A DNA stretch of 33,924 nt from a virus (lineage: Duplodnaviria; Caudoviricetes), in IMG/VR virus record IMGVR_UViG_3300011337_000065, positions 1 to 33,924 of that record, one strand, 5' to 3'. Within the stretch, counting starts at the first letter, position 1, and each line of letters starts with the position of its first letter. Made by a program: the position numbers and the translations under genes. Below are positions 23,623-32,322 of the stretch, piece by piece. Below the pieces are notes generated by a model. The model made no database searches. It was not told the DNA's origin and saw only the letters and a program-made list of their open reading frames with translations.

Positions 23623-25666
23623 GATTCTTTGCCTCACTTTTCTGCATCATCATTGCGCTGACTTGAACCTCGTTGATGAAAATCCAGCCATGTTCGAATG
23701 TCTCCAGCGTGCCTGCATTGAGCAGTTGCGCAATGATTCCTTCTGGTCTGGATGCTTCTGTTTTGTTCTTTGCGGTGCGCTCGGCCATGCCATCTTTGAC
23801 CAGCAGATCACGCAGTGCTGACCTGCTGAGATAGGGTAAACCATTACGTTCTTCTGCACCAGATGACCACCAAGCACGCTCGACTGTCCTGACATTCTCG
23901 TCATGCTTTGTAGGTTTTTTGTGGGGTTTTGTGGCATTTGATTCATCGTCTGGGATAGCCACGCAGGTTGTTGCAGGGCCACCAAACTTTGAGATTCCCA
24001 TCTCGACCACTTCCAGTTTGAAGTAGATCGCTTCGCCCTTGCTTGGCAGTTCGCGCTGTTTGGTCACGTTGACCATGCGGATGCCTTCTTTTTCGATTAC
24101 TTCGATTTCGGTGTCGATGTGCGCTCGGATGCCTGACCAGCCACGTGCGCCTTTGGCTGCGTCTTTGCCGTTGTGGTGGATGATCATCAGAGCTGCACCT
24201 GTTGCGGTGGCCACCTGGTCGAATCTGGCCATGACTGGCCCCATGTCCTCACCGCTGTTTTCGTTGGCTCCTGCGCTCATTCTGGCCAGTGTGTCACCAA
24301 TGATTAGGCGCACTGGTCTGCCTTTGATTTGCTCGATGGCTCTGACCAGCTCAATCACATCATGGGCATCTTGGTCACCGTTGTAGAAGTTCATTGGGAC
24401 TGGCACCATTGCCAAGTTCTCAAGGTCGCAGCCGTGGTACTTTTTGATGGCCTGCATGCGTGACCGGATGCTGGCAGGGGCTTCGCTGGCAAGATAGATC
24501 ACCAAGCCTGCATCGGTCTTCCTGCCGTAGCAGTCGGTGCCATTTGCGATGGCTGTGGCCACCGAGAGCGCCCAGAATGTTTTTCCTGAGTTGCTATCAC
24601 CGTAGACCACCACCGAGCTGCCGATGGTCATCAGGCCTTCGACCAGCTCGTCTGGTGCTTCGTAGTCGCTGCCGAGTTGATCACCGAATACGACTTTGAG
24701 CTTGTCGATCACCGCTGTGCCAGTCTGCTGGACTAGCAGGCCTGCGAGGTCGTGGCCAGCTTGTGCATAATCGTTGGCATCACCGAGTATCGGAGGCATG
24801 ACCATGCGTGCACCGAACTTGGCGCTGGCTTGCTCTGCGTATCGTTGGCCGACACCAGAGTTGTCGTGGTCTGCGACGATCACAATGTCTTGAGTTGCTC
24901 CATACATTTGCCTGAGTGTGCCAGTGACCGGCACCAGATTGCTGGCGCTGTAGGCCACCACGACTGGCCTGTTGGTGGTTTCGTGAATGGTGGCTGCCGT
25001 TGCGAAGCCTTCGGCAACGTACAGCGTGCCAGGCTCATCTAGTGAGCCTACCATCCAGAATTTTCCACCAGTCTGACCGCCTGGATGATATAACTTGCCG
25101 CCATCCTCATCGATGTATTGCAGGGTGCTGAGTGTTCCATCTGCATCGTAGAGTGGCACCATTAATCGGCCATCGCCTGTAATCCGAACACCATGTGTCT
25201 GGATGCCTTTGCGCTTTAGGTATGGATGATCAGGATGTGCCGCACCACCACTGAGCCAGATTTTCTCGACTGTCTCACTGGCCACTTGGTGCTGGCGCTC
25301 TTGAGCTGCTTCGCGCAGGACTTTTGACTCGTTGATTCGTCTGGCGTGTGCCATTTCCTCAAATTCAGTCAGCTTGCGCCCTACGTCTGCACGCCATGTG
25401 ATTTCCATGCCTGCACGCCAGCAACCGAACCGACCGGCTGGGATGCCATCACCGAACACCAGATACCAGCCTGGCTTGTCACCGTGGCCAGGCGAGCCTT
25501 TTGTGCCTGATCGGAATCTGTGAATCTTGCCATCGAAGTGGATTTCCTCTGGTGGCTCAAGCCCTGCCGCACGCATTGCGTCAATGAGCTGTGTCTCTGG
25601 TGGTGCGACGAGCTTTTCTGGTGGTGGTGCCCAAGGGCCACCGAGTACTTTTGAGAGGTCAGCCAT
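23615..25666 (-). CDS. Primase-helicase (TOPRIM primase fused to AAA_25/RepA-like helicase)
   Basis: YLKRKGI, VAEGFATA, VADHD and GDAND (TOPRIM). YGDSNSGKTF, LIIGDTLAR, IIHHNGKD and ARGWS (helicase). Confidence 0.92.
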   Translation of the reverse strand: MADLSKVLGGPWAPPPEKLVAPPETQLIDAMRAAGLEPPEEIHFDGKIHRFRSGTKGSPGHGDKPGWYLVFGDGIPAGRFGCWRAGMEITWRADVGRKLTEFEEMAHARRINESKVLREAAQERQHQVASETVEKIWLSGGAAHPDHPYLKRKGIQTHGVRITGDGRLMVPLYDADGTLSTLQYIDEDGGKLYHPGGQTGGKFWMVGSLDEPGTLYVAEGFATAATIHETTNRPVVVAYSASNLVPVTGTLRQMYGATQDIVIVADHDNSGVGQRYAEQASAKFGARMVMPPILGDANDYAQAGHDLAGLLVQQTGTAVIDKLKVVFGDQLGSDYEAPDELVEGLMTIGSSVVVYGDSNSGKTFWALSVATAIANGTDCYGRKTDAGLVIYLASEAPASIRSRMQAIKKYHGCDLENLAMVPVPMNFYNGDQDAHDVIELVRAIEQIKGRPVRLIIGDTLARMSAGANENSGEDMGPVMARFDQVATATGAALMIIHHNGKDAAKGARGWSGIRAHIDTEIEVIEKEGIRMVNVTKQRELPSKGEAIYFKLEVVEMGISKFGGPATTCVAIPDDESNATKPHKKPTKHDENVRTVERAWWSSGAEERNGLPYLSRSALRDLLVKDGMAERTAKNKTEASRPEGIIAQLLNAGTLETFEHGWIFINEVQVSAMMMQKSEAKNRP

Positions 25667-25841
25667 GTGTCACCGCCTGCCTGTCAAAGTAAGCAAGTAG
25701 CCTGCGCACAGTTTCGTACTTCGGCTCTGTCTTGCCTTCTTTTAGGCGGTACAGCGCATTGGGATGGACACCAGCTTCACGAGCAACCACTTGCAGATTT
25801 CGGTCTGCGAGCATGGCTCTGAGTTTTTCAAGTTCAGGCAT
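25659..25841 (-). CDS. Cro-like helix-turn-helix regulator
   Basis: 60 aa. NLQVVAREAGVHPNALYRL..GKTEPKYETV. First gene of the leftward operon. Confidence 0.8.
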   Translation of the reverse strand: MPELEKLRAMLADRNLQVVAREAGVHPNALYRLKEGKTEPKYETVRRLLAYFDRQAVTHG

Positions 25842-25877
25842 TTTTTTACCCCTTTCAAAATTTATTTGCGTTTGGTG

Positions 25878-25910
25878 TTGACACTTTACCATATTTTGAG
25901 TTAAAGTCTA
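25878..25910. promoter_or_regulatory. Overlapping divergent sigma70-type promoters
   Basis: Plus strand: TTGACA (25878-25883)-18 nt-TAAAGT (25902-25907). Minus strand: extended -10 TGGTAAAGT (25891-25883). Lies at the strand-switch point. Confidence 0.6.
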
Positions 25911-25962
25911 GCCACACCTCGAACTGATTCCCAGACGGAGGTGCAAAAAAAAGGAGAGCCAC

Positions 25963-26640
25963 ATGGCTATCAATTTGAAGTCAACAGGCAGCTTGTCTGC
26001 CAATGGAGTGAAGTTGCTGGTGTACGGCCAAGCCGGTGCAGGTAAGACCACCTTGGTCAAGACCTTGCCCAATGTGATCGTACTGTCAGCTGAGGGTGGT
26101 TTGCTGTCCATTCAGGACGCTGATCTGCCCTACATTGAGATCGCCAGCATGGACGACTTGCGCGAGGCATTCACTTGGTGCCGAGACAGCAAGGAGGCCA
26201 CTGTGTTTCAATCGGTCGCGCTGGACTCGATCAGCGAGGTGGCCGAGGTGGTGCTGTCGCATGAGATGAAGAAGTCCAAGGATGGCCGCGCTGCTTATGG
26301 CGAGATGAACAGCACCATGCAGGAGCTGATTCGCGCCTTTCGCGATCTGCCTGGCAAGCATGTCTTCATGTCGGCCAAGCTGGAAAAGTCTACCGACGAG
26401 ATGGGCAAGATGCTCTACAACCCAGGCATGCCAGGCAAGAGCCTGACACAAGGCCTGCCTTACTTCTTTGATGAAGTGCTGGCGCTGCGTGTCGAGCGTG
26501 ATGCTGAAGGCGTGACCCAGCGTGCTTTGATGTGCGACTCTGATGGCCTCTGGTTGGCCAAGGATCGCTCTGGCAAGCTGGAGGCTTGGGAAGCGCCTGA
26601 TCTGGGTGCAATCATTGCCAAGATCGGGGGTAAAGCATGA
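25963..26640 (+). CDS. AAA_24 / Sak4-like P-loop ATPase
   Basis: YGQAGAGKTT, VALDSISE, YFFDEV and AKDRSG motifs, with AAGGAG RBS. Confidence 0.88.
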   Translation: MAINLKSTGSLSANGVKLLVYGQAGAGKTTLVKTLPNVIVLSAEGGLLSIQDADLPYIEIASMDDLREAFTWCRDSKEATVFQSVALDSISEVAEVVLSHEMKKSKDGRAAYGEMNSTMQELIRAFRDLPGKHVFMSAKLEKSTDEMGKMLYNPGMPGKSLTQGLPYFFDEVLALRVERDAEGVTQRALMCDSDGLWLAKDRSGKLEAWEAPDLGAIIAKIGGKA

Positions 26641-27041
26641 CCGCCAAGGTATTGCCCAATGACATGAACGAGCTGGCCAACATGTGGCTGGCTGCCAAGA
26701 AGCAGGAAGAAGATGCAACAGCGGATCGACGCGATATTGAAGACCACATCAAGAAGCTGGCAACCATTGCCGAAAACCTTGAAGGCACAGAGACCGTCGA
26801 GCCTGGTCGATACGAGATCAAGATCGTTGGCCGCATCGACCGAAAAGTCGACGGAGACAAAGTGCAAGAGCTTGCCGCTGAGTTCGGTCTGACCGATCAC
26901 TTGGCCAAGTTGTTCCGCTGGAAGCCTGAGATCAACATGGCGATCTGGAAGGCAGCAGACGAGTCCATCACCAAGCCGCTTGCGGCTGCAATCACGGCCA
27001 AGCCTGGCCGCCCATCTTTCAAAATTATCCCCAAGGAGTAA
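26637..27041 (+). CDS. Hypothetical protein of the recombination operon
   Basis: 134 aa with ATGA overlap and a C-terminal KPGRPSFKI. Confidence 0.75.
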   Translation: MTAKVLPNDMNELANMWLAAKKQEEDATADRRDIEDHIKKLATIAENLEGTETVEPGRYEIKIVGRIDRKVDGDKVQELAAEFGLTDHLAKLFRWKPEINMAIWKAADESITKPLAAAITAKPGRPSFKIIPKE

Positions 27042-27044
27042 ATC

Positions 27045-27545
27045 ATGGCTTTTTTAAACGAAGAATTCAACGTCAACGAACTGCCCCAAGGTAATGGCAA
27101 CTTTGAGCCACTGCCTGCTGGCTGGTACACCGCCACCATCTCTCAGTCTGAGCTGAAGGCAACCAAGGCTGGCAATGGCCAGTACATCAAACTGCGCTAT
27201 GACATCACCGGCCCGAGCCACCAAGGTCGCGTGGTGTTTGGCAACTTGAACATCAAGAATGCCAACCCCAAGGCCGAGGAGATTGGTCGCCAGCAGCTTG
27301 GTGACATCATGCGTGCCATTGGCTTGGCCAAAGTGACCGACACCGATCAGTTGATTGGTGGCCAGATTGCCATCAAGCTGGAGGTCAAGGAGGACGCTCA
27401 GTACGGTGCAAGTAATGAGGTCAAGGGCTTCAAGTCTGTGTCCGGTAGCGTAGCGCCAGCAGCTGCTGTGCCACCCTTTGTGAAGCAGGCTGAGGCTGCT
27501 CAAGCCGCACCTGCCAAGGCCGCACCGCCTTGGGCCAAGAAGTAA
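27045..27545 (+). CDS. DUF669-like single-stranded DNA-binding protein
   Basis: FEPLPAGWY...TKAGNG.YIKL...GRVVF.NLN...NEVKGFK, with a low-complexity tail ending PPWAKK. Confidence 0.8.
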   Translation: MAFLNEEFNVNELPQGNGNFEPLPAGWYTATISQSELKATKAGNGQYIKLRYDITGPSHQGRVVFGNLNIKNANPKAEEIGRQQLGDIMRAIGLAKVTDTDQLIGGQIAIKLEVKEDAQYGASNEVKGFKSVSGSVAPAAAVPPFVKQAEAAQAAPAKAAPPWAKK

Positions 27546-27546
27546 G

Positions 27547-27584
27547 AAAAGAAAAAGCCCAGCCCTGATGGTCAGGAGCTGGGC
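27547..27584 (-). terminator. Hairpin with U tract oriented for minus-strand termination
   Basis: On the plus strand, AAAAGAAAAA precedes GCCCAGC-CCTGA-TGG-TCAGG-A-GCTGGGC. Confidence 0.55.
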
Positions 27585-27611
27585 AAAGTTGCAACTACAA
27601 AGGAGAAATCC

Positions 27612-28637
27612 ATGAAGATTCCCGAGTCAGAGCATAACATTCAGGCGCTGATTGACAAGCACCATGAGGCTATTGCTGAGGTTCCTAGGCCACACCTTGG
27701 CGCCAGTACGCTTGGCCATGTGTGTGATCGGTGGCTGTGGCTGTCGTTTCGCTGGGCTGTGCAGCCAACCTTCCCTGGTCGAATCCTGCGCCTGTTTAGG
27801 CGTGGCCACCAAGAGGAGGCCAACATCATCAGCGACTTGCGTGCCATTGGCATCGATGTGCGCAAGGTGTCAAGCCAGCACCGTGTGGACTTTGGCAGCC
27901 ATGTGTCTGGCTCGATCGATGCCATCATCGACAAGGGTGTTCCTGAAGCGCCCAAGTCCAAGCACATTGCCGAGTTCAAGACCGCATCAAAAAAGGCGTT
28001 TGACGATCTGGAGAAGAATGGCGTGGAGAAGTCCAAGCCTGAGCACTTTGTGCAGATGCAAGTCTACATGGCAGGCACTGGCATCGATCGTGCGCTGTAT
28101 TTGACCGTCTGCAAGGACGACGACCGCATTTACACCGAGCGCATCAATTACGACCAGGCAGCAGCCGAGAAGGCCATTGAGCGCGGCCGCAGGTTGGCGC
28201 TGTCAGACCGCATGCCTGAGCCTATCAGCACCGACCCGAGCTGGTATCAGTGCAAGTTCTGCGACGCCTACAAGTTCTGCCACGAGACCAAGACCACCGA
28301 GCATGTGAACTGCCGCACCTGCGCGCACAGCACGGCCAAGGACGACAGCACCTGGCGCTGCGAGCGCCACGACGCAGACGGCATTCCGGTCGAGTTCCAG
28401 CGCCAGGCCTGCGACAGCCACGTCCTGCATCCTGACCTGGTGCCCTGGCAGCGCAAGGACGGCCTGGACGACTGGACGGCTGTGTACGTCATCGAAGGCC
28501 GCGACGTGGCCAACGGTGAAGGCGATGCGCACGTCTACACCAGCCGCGAGATTCTGGCCAACCCAAAGATGTGCAGCCTGGGCGACGAGTACGTCGAGAA
28601 GTTGCGCGAAACCTTTGACGCGAGGATTGTGGGATGA
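27612..28637 (+). CDS. Cas4-like PD-(D/E)XK exonuclease
   Basis: HLGAS...CDR, GSIDA, AEFKT and QMQVYM motifs. CKFC...C are probable Fe-S ligands, and there is an extra C-terminal CRTC. Confidence 0.85.
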   Translation: MKIPESEHNIQALIDKHHEAIAEVPRPHLGASTLGHVCDRWLWLSFRWAVQPTFPGRILRLFRRGHQEEANIISDLRAIGIDVRKVSSQHRVDFGSHVSGSIDAIIDKGVPEAPKSKHIAEFKTASKKAFDDLEKNGVEKSKPEHFVQMQVYMAGTGIDRALYLTVCKDDDRIYTERINYDQAAAEKAIERGRRLALSDRMPEPISTDPSWYQCKFCDAYKFCHETKTTEHVNCRTCAHSTAKDDSTWRCERHDADGIPVEFQRQACDSHVLHPDLVPWQRKDGLDDWTAVYVIEGRDVANGEGDAHVYTSREILANPKMCSLGDEYVEKLRETFDARIVG

Positions 28638-29182
28638 ACACCGACAGAGAACTGATGCAACAGGCGCTGGAGGCGCTGGAGTGGGTAAACACAAGCGTGT
28701 GGCTTGAAGACTGTTACCACGCTTTTGATGAGGAAGTCGCCGCCCTGCGCGAGAGGCTGGCGCAGCCCAACGAGTTCAATCCAGACTGGGACGCAATGGC
28801 CGTGATGGTGGAGGAACAGCAGCGCATGGCAAAGCGTATTGCCGAGTTGGAGGCGCAGCCAGAGCAGGAGCCGGTGGCATGGGAGGATGTGCTGGGGGCC
28901 ATCGCCCGTGGCTGGACGCACGACGACAACAAGCACAAGCCGATGGATGTACAGCTTGCAGTGGCGATTGCGAAAGAGATTCAGGACATGGTTACCGTCC
29001 CACCACAGCGCAAGCCGCTGACGCCGAGAGAAATTGAACTACTTGAAGGGATGATAGAGGTTCAACTGCACCACGCCGCGCAGTGCGACCTCATCGCCAA
29101 TCGCGTTATGGCTGACAAGCAAAAGGGTTGGGACATGGAGCGCGTCGAACTGCTACGCAAACTCAAGGAGAAGAACACATGA
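28634..29182 (+). CDS. Modular hypothetical protein
   Basis: 182 aa with ATGA overlaps at both ends. Segments DRELMQQALEALE, AQPEQEPVAW, PPQRKPLT and KLKEKNT. Confidence 0.7.
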   Translation: MNTDRELMQQALEALEWVNTSVWLEDCYHAFDEEVAALRERLAQPNEFNPDWDAMAVMVEEQQRMAKRIAELEAQPEQEPVAWEDVLGAIARGWTHDDNKHKPMDVQLAVAIAKEIQDMVTVPPQRKPLTPREIELLEGMIEVQLHHAAQCDLIANRVMADKQKGWDMERVELLRKLKEKNT

Positions 29183-29401
29183 CAACACACCTGACAAAAA
29201 TCTGGTGGGACTTGAACAAGCACAAGCTGGTCGAGCAGGCCATACCAGAGGCCGAGATTTACAAGCGTGAGTGGGTCGGGCTGACGGATGAGGAGCGTAA
29301 CAATCTCTGGCGTGATGTCATTGGCTGGGGCGACCCGTCACACGATGACGAAGATTTAATGAAGGCCATCGAAGCCAAACTCAAGGAGAAGAACGCATGA
29401 C
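29158..29401 (+). repeat. 26-bp direct repeat pair flanking a small gene
   Basis: CAAACTCAAGGAGAAGAAC(A/G)CATGAC at 29158-29183 and 29376-29401, 25/26 identical. Confidence 0.9.
29179..29400 (+). CDS. Modular hypothetical protein, 73 aa
   Basis: ATG at 29179 with AAGGAG RBS. REWVGLTDEE...AIEAKLKEKNA. Confidence 0.75.
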   Translation: MTTHLTKIWWDLNKHKLVEQAIPEAEIYKREWVGLTDEERNNLWRDVIGWGDPSHDDEDLMKAIEAKLKEKNA

Positions 29402-30995
29402 CGTGTTGCGCGAGTATCAGCAGCGCACCATCGACCAGCTCTATGCCTGGTTCGAGGCCGGCCACCACGGCAATCCATGCCTGGTGCTGCCGACCGGGTC
29501 AGGCAAGTCGCACATTGTGGCCGCCCTGTGCAAGGATGCCCTGCAGAACTGGCCAGAGACGCGCGTGCTGATGCTGACGCACGTCAAGGAGCTGATCGAG
29601 CAGAACGCCGAGAAGATGCGCTTGCACTGGCCAGGCGCTCCGATGGGCATCTACAGCGCCAGCATCGGCAAGAAGCAGCTCGGTGAGCCGATCACCTTCG
29701 CCGGCATCCAGTCGGTGCGCAGCAAGGCGCGCGAGCTTGGCCACATCGACCTGGTGATCATCGACGAATGCCACTTGGTCAACCACAAGGACGAGGGGGG
29801 ATACCGCAAGCTGCTGGGCGAGTTGAAGGCCATCAACCCTGCGCTGCGGGTGGTGGGCCTCACAGCCACGCCCTACCGCCTGGGCCACGGCCTGATCACC
29901 GACAAGCCGGCACTGTTCGACGACCTGATCGAGCCGGTCAGCATCGAGGAACTGGTCTTCAAAAACTACCTGGCACCGCTGCGCAGCAAGGTCACCAAGG
30001 CCAAGCTGGACACCAGTGGCGTCCACAAGCGTGGCGGGGAGTTCATTGAGGCCGAGCTGCAGGCCGCTGTGAACACCGACGCCAACAACCTGGCCGTGGT
30101 GCAGGAGGTGATCGAGCTGGCCGGCGAGCGCAAGGCCTGGCTGTTCTTCTGCGCTGGCGTCAAGCATGCCGAGAACGTGGCCTTCGTCCTGAGCACGATC
30201 CACGGCATCCCTGCAGCCTGCGTGACTGGCGAGACTTCGAAGAAGGAGCGCGAGCAGCTCCTGGCCGACTTCAAGGCCGGCCGGCTGCGCGCCCTGACCA
30301 ATGCCAACGTGCTGACCACCGGCTTCGACTACCCTGACATTGACCTGATCGCCATGCTGCGCCCGACCATGAGCGCCAGCCTGTATGTGCAGATGGCAGG
30401 CCGTGGCATGCGCGTGAAGTCGCATACAGACCACTGCCTGGTGCTGGACTTTGCCGGTGTGGTCGAGTCGCATGGTCCGATCACCAATGTGCAGCCGCCC
30501 AAGAAGGGTGGCGATGGCAATGGAGAGGCACCAGTCAAGGTGTGCGATCACTGCGGTGAGCTGGTGCACATCTCGGTGATGGTTTGCCCTTCATGCGGTG
30601 AGCAGTTTCCTGAGCCGGTCAAGAAGTCGATGGTGCTGCGCAACGATGACATCATGGGTCTGGATGGCCAAGAGCTGGAGGTGACGAGCTGGACATGGCG
30701 CAAGCACATCAGCAAGGCTTCTGGCATCGAGATGCTGGCCGTGACCTACTACGGTGGCCTCAGCGACACACCGATCACCGAGTACTTGCCAATCATGCAT
30801 GAGGGGTATGCCGGTCAGCGTGCGATGAGCCAGCTGCTGAGTATTGCCAACAGCGCCAGCATTGTGCCTGGTGGTCTGAATGTGAAGACGATGGAGGACA
30901 TGGTGCAGAACATGAACAATGCCACGCCACCGGAGTGGATCGAGTATCGCAAAGATGGTAAGTTTTTTAGGGTAATGAAAAGGAGCTGGGAATGA
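29397..30995 (+). CDS. SF2 DExH helicase (RadD/YejH-like) with zinc finger
   Basis: LREYQ, LPTGSGKS, IIDECH, GLTATP, LTTGFDYP, QMAGRGMR and CDHC..CPSC. Confidence 0.93.
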   Translation: MTVLREYQQRTIDQLYAWFEAGHHGNPCLVLPTGSGKSHIVAALCKDALQNWPETRVLMLTHVKELIEQNAEKMRLHWPGAPMGIYSASIGKKQLGEPITFAGIQSVRSKARELGHIDLVIIDECHLVNHKDEGGYRKLLGELKAINPALRVVGLTATPYRLGHGLITDKPALFDDLIEPVSIEELVFKNYLAPLRSKVTKAKLDTSGVHKRGGEFIEAELQAAVNTDANNLAVVQEVIELAGERKAWLFFCAGVKHAENVAFVLSTIHGIPAACVTGETSKKEREQLLADFKAGRLRALTNANVLTTGFDYPDIDLIAMLRPTMSASLYVQMAGRGMRVKSHTDHCLVLDFAGVVESHGPITNVQPPKKGGDGNGEAPVKVCDHCGELVHISVMVCPSCGEQFPEPVKKSMVLRNDDIMGLDGQELEVTSWTWRKHISKASGIEMLAVTYYGGLSDTPITEYLPIMHEGYAGQRAMSQLLSIANSASIVPGGLNVKTMEDMVQNMNNATPPEWIEYRKDGKFFRVMKRSWE

Positions 30996-31144
30996 CAGTT
31001 GAAGAACAAATGAACAGGATGCACAAACTGAAAGTTTGTGATGTTTGCAATCGAGAGGCTGATCCGCTTGGCGGTGTGATCGTGCGCACCAAGTGGCATT
31101 GCGCTCGGTGCTGGGTGAAGTTGATGCAAAGGGGTCTGAAATGA
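30992..31144 (+). CDS. Small zinc-finger protein, 50 aa (not in ORF track)
   Basis: MTVEEQMNRMHKLKVCDVC...WHCARCWVKLMQRGLK*, with ATGA overlaps at both ends. Confidence 0.7.
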   Translation: MTVEEQMNRMHKLKVCDVCNREADPLGGVIVRTKWHCARCWVKLMQRGLK

Positions 31145-31335
31145 GCCGACCACCAGAGCCACAATTCTTGATTGACTACCGCGAGTGGATCAAGGTTGGC
31201 CCACCAAAGTGCTGCCACACCTGCGAGATGTACGGCAATGATGGCCTGTGCACCGAGTTCTTTATGACACCGCCAGCCGAGTTTGCTGCCGAGGTGGATG
31301 CCTGTCCTAAGTGGGAGCCAGAATGTCCGTTCTAG
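31141..31335 (+). CDS. Small Cys-rich protein, 64 aa
   Basis: ATG at 31141. CCHTCEMY...GLCTEF...ACPKWEPECPF. Confidence 0.7.
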   Translation: MSRPPEPQFLIDYREWIKVGPPKCCHTCEMYGNDGLCTEFFMTPPAEFAAEVDACPKWEPECPF

Positions 31336-31685
31336 GCCGCATACCAACCGAGCATGAGGAGCAGCGCGAGCTGGTGCGCTGGTTTCGCCAGACTTGGCCA
31401 GGCGTGCGCATCTTTGCGATACCAAATGGCGGCGCTCGCAGTCCGGCCACCGCTGGCCGCTTGAAGGCCGAGGGTGTGTCTTCTGGCGTGCCTGATCTGT
31501 TCATTCCTGCTTGGGGGCTTTGGGTGGAGATGAAGCGCAGCAAGGGTGGCAGTCTGAGTGCCGAGCAGAAAGACTGGATTACATATCTTGAAAGTGTGAG
31601 ATTCTGTTGTATAGTGGGAAAAGGTGCTGATGATGCCAAGGGCAAACTTCAGGCCTTTTTTAACCAACACAAGGACAATTTATGA
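31323..31685 (+). CDS. VRR-NUC domain nuclease
   Basis: EHEEQ...FAIPNGG.R...LKAEGV..GVPDL...VEMK...GSLSAEQ. Confidence 0.88.
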   Translation: MSVLGRIPTEHEEQRELVRWFRQTWPGVRIFAIPNGGARSPATAGRLKAEGVSSGVPDLFIPAWGLWVEMKRSKGGSLSAEQKDWITYLESVRFCCIVGKGADDAKGKLQAFFNQHKDNL

Positions 31686-32158
31686 ACAACATTCACAAGC
31701 ATGCTTTGATGGAGTTTCGCGCAGCTGGCTGGCTTGACGACGATGGCAAGTATTACGACGAGATGCAAGAAGCAATTTGCAAGCACGTGTTAAAGCTGCT
31801 GGACGTATTTGCTGATGAGGGCCATTCTGGAAGTTCTGCTCCTTACGCAGTGAACGTGTTCAGAAAGCTGGCGATGTACTTGCCCTTGGTTCCACTGACA
31901 GGCGAGGACTGGGAATGGCATGAGGCCAGTGAAGGCGTTTTCCAAAACAAACGTTGCAGCCGTGTCTTTAAGCAGGCTGATCGCTTTGATGGCCAAGCCT
32001 ATGACATAGACGGTATTGTTTTTTACGATTGGCATACCGATAAAGAGACTGGCGAGAAGCACAAGTCCTACTACACCGATCGCGAAAGCATGGTGCCAGT
32101 CACATTCCCTTACACCCCAGCGACAGAATATGTCGAGCGTCCATCGGAGGCATCATGA
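31682..32158 (+). CDS. Hypothetical protein
   Basis: 158 aa with ATGA overlaps. FADEGHSGSSA...PLTGED.EW...QNKRCSRVFK. Confidence 0.75.
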   Translation: MNNIHKHALMEFRAAGWLDDDGKYYDEMQEAICKHVLKLLDVFADEGHSGSSAPYAVNVFRKLAMYLPLVPLTGEDWEWHEASEGVFQNKRCSRVFKQADRFDGQAYDIDGIVFYDWHTDKETGEKHKSYYTDRESMVPVTFPYTPATEYVERPSEAS

Positions 32159-32322
32159 GCACCTCAAAAATCAAAGATCGATACATGACCATTCGGCTTC
32201 CTGCCGACATTGAGCGTGAGCTGCGCAAGATGGCCGAGCGCAACACGCGCACTCTGGCCGCGCAGATTCTGCACTGCGTCAAGATGGAGATGGAGCGCCA
32301 GCAAGCACAGGAGGTCAAGTGA
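32155..32322 (+). CDS. Arc-like ribbon-helix-helix DNA-binding protein, 55 aa (not in ORF track)
   Basis: GGAGG RBS. MTIRLPADIERELRKMAERNTRTLAAQIL fits the RHH pattern. Confidence 0.8.
   Translation: MSTSKIKDRYMTIRLPADIERELRKMAERNTRTLAAQILHCVKMEMERQQAQEVK

Noticed and set aside
27612-28637. Cas4-like gene as evidence of CRISPR-Cas
   Set aside because: No repeat-spacer array or other cas genes are present. Solo Cas4-like nucleases are common in phage recombination operons.
28634-29401. Diversity-generating retroelement or integron interpretation of the direct repeats
   Set aside because: There is no reverse transcriptase or tyrosine recombinase, the repeat is only 26 bp, and it has no attC-like palindromic structure.
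29499-30569. Long antisense ORFs (356 aa here; also 19380-20345, 15695-16639, 6722-7588, 10234-10998)
   Set aside because: These are shadow frames opposite well-supported genes, expected from codon bias. They have no recognisable motifs.
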